NCBI RefSeq assembly: GCF_037042905.1
Contig: NC_087245.1
Location: forward strand, 36,396,001-36,460,000
Reading direction: 5' to 3'
DNA from: Lytechinus pictus
Lineage: Eukaryota
DNA: 64,000 bases
Shown: piece by piece, positions 23,950 to 36,262 of the stretch
Position numbering within the stretch: position 1 is the first letter of the stretch
How the letters are laid out: every line of letters starts with the position of its first letter
The notes under the pieces: generated by a model
What the model was told of the DNA's origin: nothing
The model's database searches: none
The model's input: only the letters and a program-made list of their open reading frames with translations
Program-made: the position numbers and the translations under genes

Positions 23950-24370
23950 AGGGTCGGCGAGCCTTTACGAACGCACTAAATGTCAATCAGTGTAGGTTTA
24001 CACGATTCTATCACTAAGGAACATGCCGACTTCTGTCACCGTGCGGCAGTCACCATCACTCATTGGTCAAATGAACCGTGACGTATCACAAGGCGGGCGT
24101 TGATTGGTCCATCGGGCAAGACTCCCACACGATTAGCTGTCACAGGTGCATGTCAATACGCGTGACACTTTGCCTGACACCGTCCATTCAATGGCAGGGG
24201 CGGGGTTGTCTGCGTCTGTTTATTTACCGAATAGCCCTCTGTGATCCGCTGCCGAAAAGGTGCCAGACTGCTCTTACAAAGACCCGGCTTTGGCCCTTTT
24301 GACGAATTCAACTCCCCTTTTCGCATAAAGACACCGTGATCTACATTATCTTACACCAAAGGAGTAATCT
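23950..24370. promoter_or_regulatory. Candidate cis-regulatory module
   Basis: Non-repetitive GC-richer block with ATTGG x2 (24062, 24103), a GC box GGGGCGGGG (24197), TGACGT (24079) and four TGACA/TGTCA sites in 24138-24179. Confidence 0.4.
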
Positions 24371-24707
24371 CTTTCGGGTCTATCGCATTTTTTTGTGGCA
24401 AACAACGATTACTAAAAACCAGGGTAATTGTCATCGTTTTAAGCTCATCGTGTGGGTTTTTTTAAATGGATTTCTATAAGAGCAGTTCTAATAGAACTGA
24501 TTATTTTTTCTCGTGTAAGATAATGGGCTATTATCAAGGCGTGGTGAATCTAATAACTAATCATTATCAGTGGATTAACAAAATAACCCTGATATTTGCC
24601 GACATTCATCTTTAGATGAGAAGGGTGGTGGTGGTGGGGGGGGGGGCATGCCTGGGGGTGAATTGTTTTTTCCTCCACTGGGTGGACAAGCGTTGAATAA
24701 GAACCAG

Positions 24708-25358
24708 TTAAAGGAGAATTTCACCTGACAATAAGTTTGTTATCACAAAAGTCGAAAAAATTAGAGAGCGATTAAGGTTTGAAAATAATCCATCAGAGAT
24801 TATGAAAATTACAAATTTTCAGTCATTATCTTGTGTTACGTTATAATCAAGCAAGCATCTCCCCCATAATATCCTGCAACATAAATTCCATCGATACCAT
24901 AACCATTCTTTTTTAATGGAACTTGGTAAATGAAAAAAAAATCCTGTAGAGGGATATGTAAAATGACATATCCGATATGCCACAATCACTTTCAATATTT
25001 TTTTTTACAAAATTACATTTTGGGGAATTAATTTCACTGGAGTTGCTCGTCTATGACGTCACAAAAGAAAAAAATTTAAAGATTCATAACCCATTATAAT
25101 TTTACCATTTTATTATCTTAATTCTGTATGTCGAGGACCCCACTGGAAATAAGCTTTCGAGCTTTCGTGGGTCATCCTGTGCAAGCCTGTTGTTTTAATG
25201 CTACTGTATATATGTTATGGTGACTTGCCAAATAAAATCAATCAATCAATCAATCATTTCATTCTAAGACGGGTTTTCATCAAACCTCCGTCAATAAAAT
25301 ATTTTTCTATTTCTGCTGTTATCAAAATCAACTTCTTGCCAGGGTGAACTTCCCCTTT
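24708..25358. mobile_element. Kolobok/T2-type MITE with an inserted LINE tail; family copies at ~28385-28819 and ~48695-49043
   Basis: TTAA-AGGAGAATTTCACC ... GGGTGAACTTCCCCTTT, with a shared TATGACGTCACAAA internal motif. Confidence 0.65.
25100..25256 (+). mobile_element. CR1/L2-group LINE 3' UTR fragment
   Basis: GGACCCCACTGGAAATAAGCTTT...GTGGGTCATCC stem-loop, then AATAAA and an (ATCA)n tail. Confidence 0.55.
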
Positions 25359-26199
25359 GGTTACAATACGGTTTAAGACTCTTCTTTTTGTTGAGGGAAT
25401 ATGGGCTGGGTGTGCGAGTGATTGCCAGGGTTTGTAATATTGCTTCAATCTTACACCCAAAAGCATTCCACTGTCATCGATGAAAGTCATACCCACGATT
25501 ATACATGCGACCACACTGATGATACTAGAGTTTTAATAAACTGTAAGTATTTTATATGAAATGGTGCACAGCATTGATGTTAATGAGTGATGGGCGCAGC
25601 AAATATGACGATTGGATAAAAAGAAATGAAATATCATATACATATAACATTTATTCCAGAGGAAATCAATTTATTCTCTATTTCAAATAATGTAGAACAA
25701 ACCAAGTAGCAAGTATATAGCAACTGCCACAAACACCAAGCAATATTAAGTCAAATCGTCAATGAACGCAAATCAATATATCATATCTGAAAGAGTGACG
25801 TCATATAATGACATCACGGTAAAAGCCGTCACCTCCAAACTGCTACTACTACTACTAATAATAATTATCATAATAATAACTAGCATTTGTGTAATGTCAA
25901 GGAATTTCCGAAAATGATATTAATAACAATGATAAAAATCATGATGATGAAGATGATGTTATAATAATAGCAACAGTAAAAAAAATATAGAATATAATAG
26001 TAATAATGATAATAACAACAACAACAACAACAACAAATACAATAGTTTCTCACTCTCTCTCTCTCACCCACACATACACACTCTCTCTCTCCCTCTCTCT
26101 TACCGTTTTTACCCCTTGCATAATTATGTCCCCCCCCCCCCTTAGAGGCATAGTTATAATGGACCTTCTGCATGGTTATTTGCAATATCACGTTGATCT

Positions 26200-26960
26200 C
26201 TATATAATAAGACGAGGCGGGTGGGAAAGCCGGGCGCGGCAGGCTAAGAAACGGGGGCCCGGGGCACAGAGGTAGAAATCCATTCGTTTCTGTACTGCGG
26301 CACGGCCTTTGAAATCCATTGGCCAAGCCCTTAATGTAAATAATAAACAATATATGGATTGTGTCGCAACCTCTTTCGGTGAAGGGATGGGTGCTGTAAT
26401 ACTTTTCTCCTTGCTCGGCAGTTATTTGCTAAATCCGACTTACCCCTTGCTTTTAAGCCGCGCTTCCCCTTGCATATGTTTTCTTACTCGCGCCTTAATT
26501 GACGCGCATGCGCTCTAAACCACTTTTCCTGTTCTTCAAGAAGTAATAAAACATCTTAGCCTAGTTTCGGCAAAATTTCAAAAAACCAGGGCTTGACTTA
26601 CTCAGAGGAGTGCCAGATAAGTAATTTCGTAATTCCTCCACAGTTCATGTCGGCAAAATGAAAAGAAAATTTATTACTGGACTGATGGGATATTCTCCAA
26701 TCTGTGTGTGTCGGCATGCACGAAAGAGACCCTATGGTCGTATCAAGGGGCCGTATCTACCAGATTTTCTAATATTATTTTCCGGAATACTTTGTGCCTT
26801 AGTTTTTCCTAATGAATTCGATAGGTTTGCCGAGCAAGACCTCTGTCTCCTTCGAATACATCGTCTTCTCTTTCAATTAAAATATAGGAAATTCTGGGAT
26901 AATTATGTGTACCGAAACTCAGGACATTGATTAAGCAAGGGCGTCTGCCCCTTTGATGTT
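26200..26960. promoter_or_regulatory. Candidate Wnt/Notch-responsive enhancer
   Basis: GTGGGAA (26221, Su(H)/CSL-type); TCF-type CCTTTGAA (26306) and CCTTTGATG (26950); Fox-like TAAACA. Confidence 0.35.
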
Positions 26961-27254
26961 AAAGTAGTGTAAAGGGTGGAAAGGATGACAATGAATAACA
27001 GAAAATAAAATGGAAGAAAGAGGAACTGTAGGTCGCCCCCCCCCCCCCATCAAAATACCCTGGCCTCGTCCTACACTGTGTACGACGACATCACAGATCA
27101 AACGTCCTTTAACACCAGTCATGGCAAATTACTATCCAACTGTGGACCTGTACAACTAAGTCCATGGTCCAACTATGGCAAAACAAAAATAATAAAACAA
27201 TATCTTGGTATATTCAAACGATAATCTGGTTTGCTTTGTCCATTTTTAATGGTT

Positions 27255-27490
27255 GAGCGCATGGAGGCTCAGTGGTAGAGCGTCCGCCTCATGAACGGAA
27301 GGTCGTGGGTTCGATCCCTGGCAGAATCATACCAAATACTTATTTTAAAAAATGGGACCTTCTGCCTTCTTGCTAGGCGCTCAGCATTTAGATTGGGGAA
27401 GGGTAATAATATTATGTTATGTATAGGGCCCGCTGGAAGTGCAGAAGGGCTACCCTGGGTAAATAAAACATTATTATTACTATCATTATT
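27255..27490 (+). mobile_element. tRNA-derived SINE
   Basis: A box GGCTCAGTGGTAGAGC, B box GGTTCGATCCC, central body, then AATAAA and an (ATT)n tail. Confidence 0.8.
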
Positions 27491-30400
27491 ATAACAAAAC
27501 AACATTGGTTGTATTGACCGATTCATTTAAAAACAAAAGCCAGTTTTGGAAACGATCTGAAAATGAATGCAAACATGCAGAATCCTATAACATGACCACC
27601 GAAGTGTTTGTATGTATGAATAAAATATAAATATTTGCCAAAATGAACATGGTATTTCAGTGAGATGTCGGGTCTTTTCCCAAACAATAACAATAGACTG
27701 CCCCGTATAATTATGCTTATCAAATTGTGCTAGTGAGTGTTTTTTCGATGGATAGACTGACACTATGAGAATAATAAATAACATGAAATTAATTATTTGA
27801 TTTTAATGGGATGATTTTAATGATTTTACGGGGCAAGGTTCCTTTACATGATACGGTGACAATCAATCTGGATTTTAAAAACTTTCTCATAACATACTTA
27901 TGATTGTGATGACTATTTTACTATGTTTTTATACACCAGGATCAAGATGCAAAACACTAATTGTATCTTTGGGCCTTGTCTTATAAAGAGTTGCGATCGA
28001 TCCGATCAATCGTAACTATGGACGGCCAGCAACGTCAACATCTATTATGCATGTTTGTTCAAAATATTTTCTAGCTTTGCTGTATATTCATGCATTCATT
28101 GTTTTCTTGAAAATTCGCTGTGCTTCTCTTTGATTACGAAGAACATTGTGCAAATTTCCTGTAGAAAAAATTATGACACTGATGGATTTCCATAGTTACG
28201 ATTGATTGGATCAATCGTAACTCTTTGTAAGACGGGGTCCTGGTCTTGTGAACCTGTTTAAAATATGTGTGAATAAATAAATAAATATATAACACACTAT
28301 CATTGATATCCACACACTATGTATATGTTTTCATATTCTTCTCAGAATGCCGACTCTTGAAATTTGATCACGTGACTTTTGGCCTAAGGAGGAGTTCACC
28401 CTGATGAAATGTTCGTTGTAATGATATCAGATAAATCATCATAATATAGGTTAAAGGTTTGATGAAAATTTATCAAGGATTTAAAAATCTATTAGAATTT
28501 TATTTTTTGTATTCATTACGTCATATGTGAGAAGCTTCCTTATAACCGTGAAGTAAAAAAAAATCAATAAAAATATGAAAATGTTTTTATTGTACCTTCA
28601 GTATATCAACATGGACCTAAAAGGTCTATGATAATCAATATACAAATCATTTCACATGGGGCAGCTGCTCGTATATGACGTCACAAATTAAAATATAAAA
28701 CGAATAACTTTCTAATCTTTGATGGATTTTCATCAAACCTTCCCCAATAATATCTTTAATCATTTTTTTTCCTGATATTTTACAACAAAACTTTTCGTCG
28801 GGGTGAACGTCTCATTTAGTTCAAACGAATTATAGACAGGTCATATCACTGATGCCGCAGTAAAGATTCGTGTGGGGTTTATTCTTTCGTCCTTATTTTA
28901 AAGCGAGGTGTAAAAACAATATTAACTTTGAATAGCCGTGCATTTAAACAGATGTGGGTCAACTAAAATAAATGGACTGTCAAGTAAAAAAAAAAAAAAA
29001 AAAAAAAAACCGTGAAAAGGTTACACCGAAACAGGCCTAAATCGTATGCGGTATAGGCCTCTGTATTTTTCAAACACAAATAATGAAAATTATAAAAGGT
29101 TCGTCATCCGTGGTGCCGTGATTAATGATTATCAACACGACAAGTATGCCCCCTAACAATAGTCTATTAGTGGACTACGTAAATCCAAACTAGTTATTAA
29201 GGCCGCACAAAGAATGCAAAGAGATATAGGGCTTGCCGTTTCTCTTATGAGAAGCCATTATAAGAAGGAAAAGCATGTGCTTCTATATCTCGCCTTTGGT
29301 TGGCGGCAAAGATCAAAAGGAGATGAGCTGACTTGCAGATTAGTCGGCTAATTAGATTTCTTAAGAGGCCTGGGTCATGTCGTAATCACGAGGCAAGAAA
29401 AGAGCTTTTCTCTTGCATTGATTGCAAGAGCAACATCAATAGAGCGTAAGGCGGTGATCTTAAGACTCTATGAATAGGATCGTGTTGGAGAAAAGATAGC
29501 ATTTTGAAAGTGATAGCATGCAGGATTTTAATAGGTTTTACACCGCGGATCAAAAGAAGCAGAATTAGACAAAAATGGTGATAGGCGGAGTGCCTGATCA
29601 GTTCAAAGGGGAATATCTACGCCCATTTTAGCATTTATATTAGCTGGCTAGTTTATGTTGACAGGATTTAAATCGGCTTTCTTTTCGATGTGCCTCATTG
29701 AGGCCATAAAGCTCTTATTTCAGAGGGGGGGGGGGGGGGGGAGTGTTCAAAACGTGTATAGGGAAGAAAAGTGGTGCCCGGCGATAATTGCATCATGAAC
29801 GTCGGGCACGGGTAGAATTTTAAAGAAATTACATATTTACGTGAAGGAATGCGAGCGTCTCGGAGAGAGGAATGATAATAGAGGAATTTACAAAATTGTA
29901 TGTTTCATTGATTAACAAAATTTGGAAATGCCGTTGTGTTTAATTATCGTCAAACGCTTCTTCGTATTAAATATAAAAAAAGAATGAGAGTCTTAAAGCC
30001 GCCCTTTTGGGCAAAATGTATACCTTTAATACAAACAAACACGCACACCACAACACAGAAGAAACTCGAGGGAAACGCTAATATTTTCTGGTTATCATGG
30101 TTATAACAGTCTTGGTTTTTGTATTTTTATGTTTTGTTGTATTTTCCCCCCATATATTATATCATTTTAGCGATCAATTCGCGCCCAAGATCACAGTCAT
30201 GCTAGTGGCAAAGAGTAGATATGTGATCGTGATGATGACTGAAATGCACTTGATGAAATAGGAGAGTCGGTTAAACCTGTCAGGGAGGGTAGATTTTCTC
30301 GTCCGAAACGCGGAAAGGTAAATGGGCGAAATGAATGGAGGTCTGTAGCCGACACATTTCGGGAGGGTGGAGAAATTTAGTAATGAACAAGTAGGTGTGA

Positions 30401-30546
30401 TTCATACATCATTTCACAGTGCCCTATTTACATCGTTTTTTAACGTGTATGTTCGATGTTTTGTGAATGTGAATATGATTTTATATACAGTATTCAATAA
30501 ATTCGCAGTTTGTTATTCATAGTTAGATGCAAATAATGTAAGTTAA

Positions 30547-31122
30547 TTAAAGGTTAAGTCCACCCCAGAAAATGTTGATTTCAATAAATAGAGAAAAATC
30601 AAACAAGCATAACGCTGAAAATTTCATCACAGTCGGATGTAAAATAAGAAAGTTATGGTATTTTAAAGTTTCGCTATTTTTCACAAAACAGTGATATGTA
30701 CAACTCAGTGACATGCAAATGAGACATTCGATGATGTCCCTCACTCACTCACTTTTTTTTTTATTGTTTGAATTATACAATATTTCATTTTTTACAGATT
30801 TGACAATAATGACCAACTTGTGTGAGCCATATACTATATAGTATCACACAATGCTAATTCCACCTGTCCAGGAATTAATCGTTGACAATGAAGAGAAAAT
30901 AAGAATATTTCACATTTCATATAATAAAATACAAAATAAATAGTGAGTGGATGACGTCATCAGTCTCCTCATTTGCATACCGACCAGGATGTGCATAATT
31001 ATAACTGTTTTGTGAAATTAAACGAAACTTTAAAAAGTCATAACTTTCTCATTTTACATCCGATTTTAATGAAAATTCCAGTGTTATGCTTGTTGGATTT
31101 TTCTCTTTTTATTCAAATAAAC
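30547..31122. mobile_element. Kolobok/T2-type MITE, right end truncated; family of 35637-36240
   Basis: TTAA-AGGTTAAGTCCACCCC start and long inverted arms. Confidence 0.75.
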
Positions 31123-32559
31123 CTCATCACCAAACACACACTCACTCACCTGATACAATAAATAGGGCCAGGTATAATGGTCTTTGTAGGCCTATATATT
31201 GTTTTTACCAAATTGCCTTACATGATATCGACATCGAAGTCTGAAGTCATTTTTATTGTTTTATCGAGGAGTATATTCATAAACTTGCATATAATCCATT
31301 ATGTGTGTGTGTTGGGTGGAGTGTTTGTGTTGGTACGATCATTGTATGTGAAATTCTATTATGTAGGCCTATATTTAAAATGGATATCTCTACGAGACAC
31401 ATCACTGGAATATCCAGTCGACGATCTTTCAAATGTGAACAGGGCGAAGCAGGGGGAGGGTCGATCCTGAAGGTATACCTCAGTGTATCAAAACTTGAAG
31501 GGAATTTATTACAAAAAAGGCGGCGAACTTGCCATAATCTCATCAATTTAAATGATCGTTCCATGTTCTCTTTACCCCGATGCAACGGAGGCGCGGAGAT
31601 TAGGTGATAGATGACTTCATACGGCCACATCGGTCAGGTCTGCCGACTTCCTGTTCTTTCGACAAAGATCAACTGCAGGACAGGAAAGCGAATAAAAAAG
31701 GGGGTTTTGATAGGGAGAAAACGGCGGAAAGTGCGAGGAAAAGAGAAAAGGCGATAGATCGATGGGTTTGTCACCGACGCGACTTCCCCGCCGTCGTCAT
31801 AGGAGCTTGTCGGCGATTCGGACGCGGAGCGACAACATTTCGTCGACATTTTAAAGCTAACTTATTGCATATGATGTTATAGGAATCGAATTAGCCAGAT
31901 TATAATAGAGAAATATTAGATAACATCGATAATGCGCCACCAATAAGCTGCAACATTACTTTTACAACATCAATACTTCAGAAATTAAAACAACTCATGA
32001 TTCAGGAACAATCATAATCGTTCAAAAATTGTATAGGTTCTTTACGTGTGCCATTCTACATCTGTGCATATTCAATAGGCTATGTACCTCGGCCTACCAA
32101 AAGACTGAAATGTAATTATTACAATGTTTTATGATTTTGATTAATGAATCAGAGAGAGGTCCCGATTCGCATTTAACATTGCTATTTCGCAAAAGTCAAA
32201 TTTCGAAAAAAAAGTCCTAAAATCAAACGAAATTTCAAATACATGTATATCATTTTTTTTTCTTCTTCTTCCTCCTCTTCTTCTTCTTTCGCAGGGCATC
32301 TGATTGCTATTTCTGTATATTCCTCCTCTTCATCCAACTTCTATAAAAAAAATAAAAACAAATTTCTTTTTAAAAAAAAGAGAGAAGCGATTTTAATGAA
32401 GTGTGAATGATGTTGGTATGAAATTAGTCTGTTGTGCAAACCCTTCACTCGAGTTCAGGGTCTGAATGTGCAGCCTACTCATGCCTTGTGTACTGAATGC
32501 CCTATCGCTCAGGAATTGAAACAGCAAGTTTCGTATGTGCTAGTCTTTGCGTGGAGACA

Positions 32560-32698
32560 CAATTGTTGATCAAAGTTTCAATCAGGGTCTGTGCCTGCAG
32601 ACTAATATGAAGTGGTCACTTGCACTCCAGAGTTTTTCACCAGAAATGCACCTGTTGTTTTCTCAAAATGACGTATCAACGCTTCAAAACACAACCAT
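32560..32698 (-). pseudogene. Possible THAP-domain relic (transposon-derived)
   Basis: Minus strand with frameshifts reads MVVF*SV...KNSGV.SDHFI...TDPD*, resembling THAP motifs RVCSDHF and DPDW.P. Confidence 0.3.
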
Positions 32699-33347
32699 CG
32701 TTTCCTACCAATAACACAGCCGTTTTACCACCGATTTAACACATGATCACATGACTTGCGATTAATCAATGGCGGGCTGGAATCGATTTATTAGTTGGTA
32801 TTTTTCAAAGGAGTCAAGACAGCAAAGAGCTGAAACCGATTGTTCCCTTTAGCACTGACGATTTTCTCTCCTTTGTGTTATCCAATTCCAGATGCCGCTC
32901 ATCATTTTCAACTTGGAAATCTCGATTCATTCGATCTATTTTCTTTACGTCCAATTTATTCACAATGCTACCTTCTATATCGGAGGAAAGAAAGAAGTCT
33001 GTTAAGGCGTTAAATATTCCAGATGCTACTGTTGACTCGAAGAATAGACTGTTCAGATCAGGGTTAAAAAACACCTTCAAGCACACAGTTAAAATTAACT
33101 TTTAACTTCCACCACTGTTAAAGTGGAGGAATTTAGATAACCCTTTTATAAATCCGCATACCGACATTAGGATTTCTGAAGAGGGCATCAGACTTTTTAC
33201 TCTTGATAATAGCATTTTACTGTATGGTTTACATGTTCATATGGTTACTGCTGCAGACATTACTCAGGATTATCAGGTGCGGGATGCGAATCCCGCTGCA
33301 GCACTTTAGCGTCTTTAAGCAAGACGTTAATTTATATCCATTTACCT

Positions 33348-33594
33348 TACACTCTATCAAATATTGGGTAAACAAATAATGTTCCATGAGGGTAATTATG
33401 TGTCCAACCAACATTGGGCATTTTTATTTATCTAGTGTGATGAAAATTTTGCAAATTCTGAAGTAGCTGTTGCTTATTTTTTAACCTTACTGGACAATAT
33501 GCTTCCCACGTTTGGTAAAATACTGCCCAAAATTGGTTGGACACATAATTACCCTCGTGCTGGTCAAATTTTACCCAATATGTTTTACAGTGTA
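33348..33594. mobile_element. TACACT...AGTGTA MITE; inverted copy at 44161-44430
   Basis: Shared internal GAGGGTAATTATGTGTCCAACCAA inverted motifs in both copies. Confidence 0.7.
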
Positions 33595-33688
33595 GTAAGG
33601 TCATTGCGTGCTCTTACCACCCCCTACAAATAAATGCAAGCAAAGCAAACAGTAGGTGTAAATGGGCATTACCAAATATTAAATCAAT

Positions 33689-33800
33689 TTAATAATAATT
33701 CAAATGTTTTCAATTGCTGCATGTAATTTACCTCAGTTATGTATCGCATGCATAACTGAGGTAAATTACATGCAGCGATTAAAACCATTTACATTATTAA
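33689..33800. repeat. Short palindrome with a 26-bp perfect stem
   Basis: 33716-33741 pairs perfectly with 33751-33776 around a 9-nt loop, with an imperfect outer extension. Confidence 0.75.
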
Positions 33801-34212
33801 GTGCTAAATATGTTGTTTGTTATCATGAAAGGACATTTGATCTTGACATTGCCGTTTTATAACAGATTTACGAACGTGTAACGGATTTGTAAAATATAAA
33901 ACGTTTCGATCCAGGGAGGGGGGGGGGGGGGAGGGGGCACGGTGCAACCCCCTAAAAATAAATTCGCAAGAATAGCATTTTCACTGCACTTATTTATGCA
34001 CAACTGCCTCTGGCTTTCACATCGAAACCCTTTTATTCATTCATTACTTTGTGGTACGAAATTTGATTCCTTTCCACATTGGGAATCAATTTTTTATATT
34101 TGTTTTTTACTTGCTTTCCTTGTCAGATATATACATTTTTTTATTCAGATTGCTTTGCCCCATGTTTTATAAAGGAAAATTCTGGATCCACCTTATTATA
34201 AAAGCTGTGCGC

Positions 34213-34799
34213 TTAAAGGGAAGGTCCAGGCTGAAGATATTTATATCTCAATAAATAGAGTAAAATCCACAAAAGCAAAATGCTGAAAATTTGATCAAAA
34301 TCGGATAACAAATAACGAAGTTATTGAATTTTAAGGATTTGCATTATTCCGGTGAAACAGTTCGAGGCATGTCTTTATGAATATTCATTAGGTGGATTGA
34401 TGATGCCATATCCCCACTTGTTCTTTTGTATTTTATTATATGAAATTAGGTTTATTCAATTTTTTTCTACCAAGAACTAAAACAATTGGATTGACAACTG
34501 ATTAAGTGCATTAGTTATTTATTGCCGCAACTTATTTCATCATATTGGAGACATGTATAAAAAATGAAAGAATTATGATTTCGTGTAATAACATAAGAAA
34601 AGGGAAAGTGGGGATGTGACATCATCAGCCCACCTAATAAATATTCATGACAATGTGCATACATTATGACTGTTTTCACAAAATATTGATAAACTTCGTT
34701 ATATGTTATCCGATTTTGCTGAAATTTTCAGCACTGTGCTCTATGAATTTACTGTATTTATTTAGATATAAATATTTTCAACCCAGACCATCCCTTTAA
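34213..34799. mobile_element. Kolobok/T2-type MITE
   Basis: TTAA-AGGGAAGGTCCAGGCTGAA ... TTCAACCCAGACCATCCCT-TTAA. Confidence 0.85.
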
Positions 34800-35375
34800 T
34801 GATAATTATTGTCTCCACAATGATTCCCTTGATGGTTATGCTGCGTAATAACCCAAACAGTATACATGGTATATGCTAACGTACTTAAATATTTTCCAGT
34901 CACTTGTACCATGGACCTATTATGCTTGGACACGAAGCTCATGAATTTTGCATTATCCAACTAACTTAAGTGGAAATAACCAGCCATGTTGAAAGAGATC
35001 GAGGGAAGATACAATTTATTATAGATGACAGGAAATGAAGTGATGCGTTATTAGGGTGCCACGCCTTCTCAAAGTGATAAAGCTTCCCGTATACGCTTCT
35101 ATGTTACAGCATGGAGGTAGATAGTTTTTCTTTCTACCTCCATGCATGGTTGCAGTCACACCAATGAAACTTACTCCAAACCGAACATTGGTATTTGGCA
35201 ATTGAAATAGCGTAATAGCTTTGATAGGTCTCAGATTGTTTCTGTTGATATGACGGTGAAGAATGGACATTATTTTTATCCATATACGGCACAATCAGAT
35301 AAACTTGACCTTGACACCGTAATACTGATTCGCAATGGAAATCAGGCTATACAGAATCCTAGATTGGTGTGTATA

Positions 35376-36262
35376 TACACTGTTTAAAAAAACCCTGATT
35401 TTACAGGGGAAAAAGAAGATTTTGCAGAAAGCAATAACAGAATCATTCTGTAAATTCATAAAACAGGAATTTTTCTGCAATATAACAGAACAGGTCTGTT
35501 TAAAAAGGGGAAAAGGGTGATTTATTTAAGGAAATTTGTAAGATTCCATACACCAAATACCAATTTCCTGTAAGATTGCGCAATCTGGTAAGATAACAGG
35601 TGTTCTCGAGACTCTGCTGCAGGAACTTCTTTTATTTTAAAGGACAAGTCCACCCCCAAAAAAATTGATTTGAATAAAAAGAGAAAAATCAAACCAGCGT
35701 AATGCTGAAAATTTCATCAAAATCGGATGTAAAATAAGAAAGTTATGATATTTAAAATTTTTGCTTAATTTCACAAAACAGTTATATGCACATAACGGTT
35801 GGTATGCAAATGAGGGAACTGATGGCATCACTCACACACTATTTCTTTGGGATTTTATTATATGAAATACGAAATATTCTAATTTTCTCCGCATTGTCCT
35901 GTGGAACAAAGTTTTATTCCTCCCTGGACATGTGGAATTACCATTGTTTAACATTTTATGGTTCAGTCAAGTTGGTCCTTATTGTCAAATCTGTAAAAAT
36001 TGAAATATTGTATAATTCAAACAATTAAAAAAAAGAAATAGTGAGTGACATCATCGATTTTCTCATTTGCATGTGACTAAATTGTGCATGTAACTATTTT
36101 GTGAAAATAAGCGAAACTTTAAAATGTCATGACTTTCTTATTTTACATCCGATTTTGATGAAATTTTCAGCATGATGCTTGTCTGATTTTTCTCTATCAA
36201 TTCAAATCAACATTTGTTTTTAGGTGGACTTGACCTTTAAGGATAAATTTTATAACAGTGTA
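35376..36262. mobile_element. TACACTGTT...AACAGTGTA MITE hosting the element at 35637-36240
   Basis: Matching termini on either side of the nested TTAA-flanked element. Confidence 0.55.
35637..36240. mobile_element. Kolobok/T2-type MITE
   Basis: TTAA-AGGACAAGTCCACC ... GGTGGACTTGACCT-TTAA. Confidence 0.85.

Noticed and set aside
27255..27325. Functional tRNA genes (also 50736-50800 and 6222-6280)
   Set aside because: A/B boxes are present, but there is no intact acceptor stem; these are SINE heads or tRNA-derived fragments.
31771..31826. Possible pre-miRNA hairpin TCACCGAC...GTCGGCGA
   Set aside because: Only short outer pairing, a poorly paired interior and no recognisable mature sequence.
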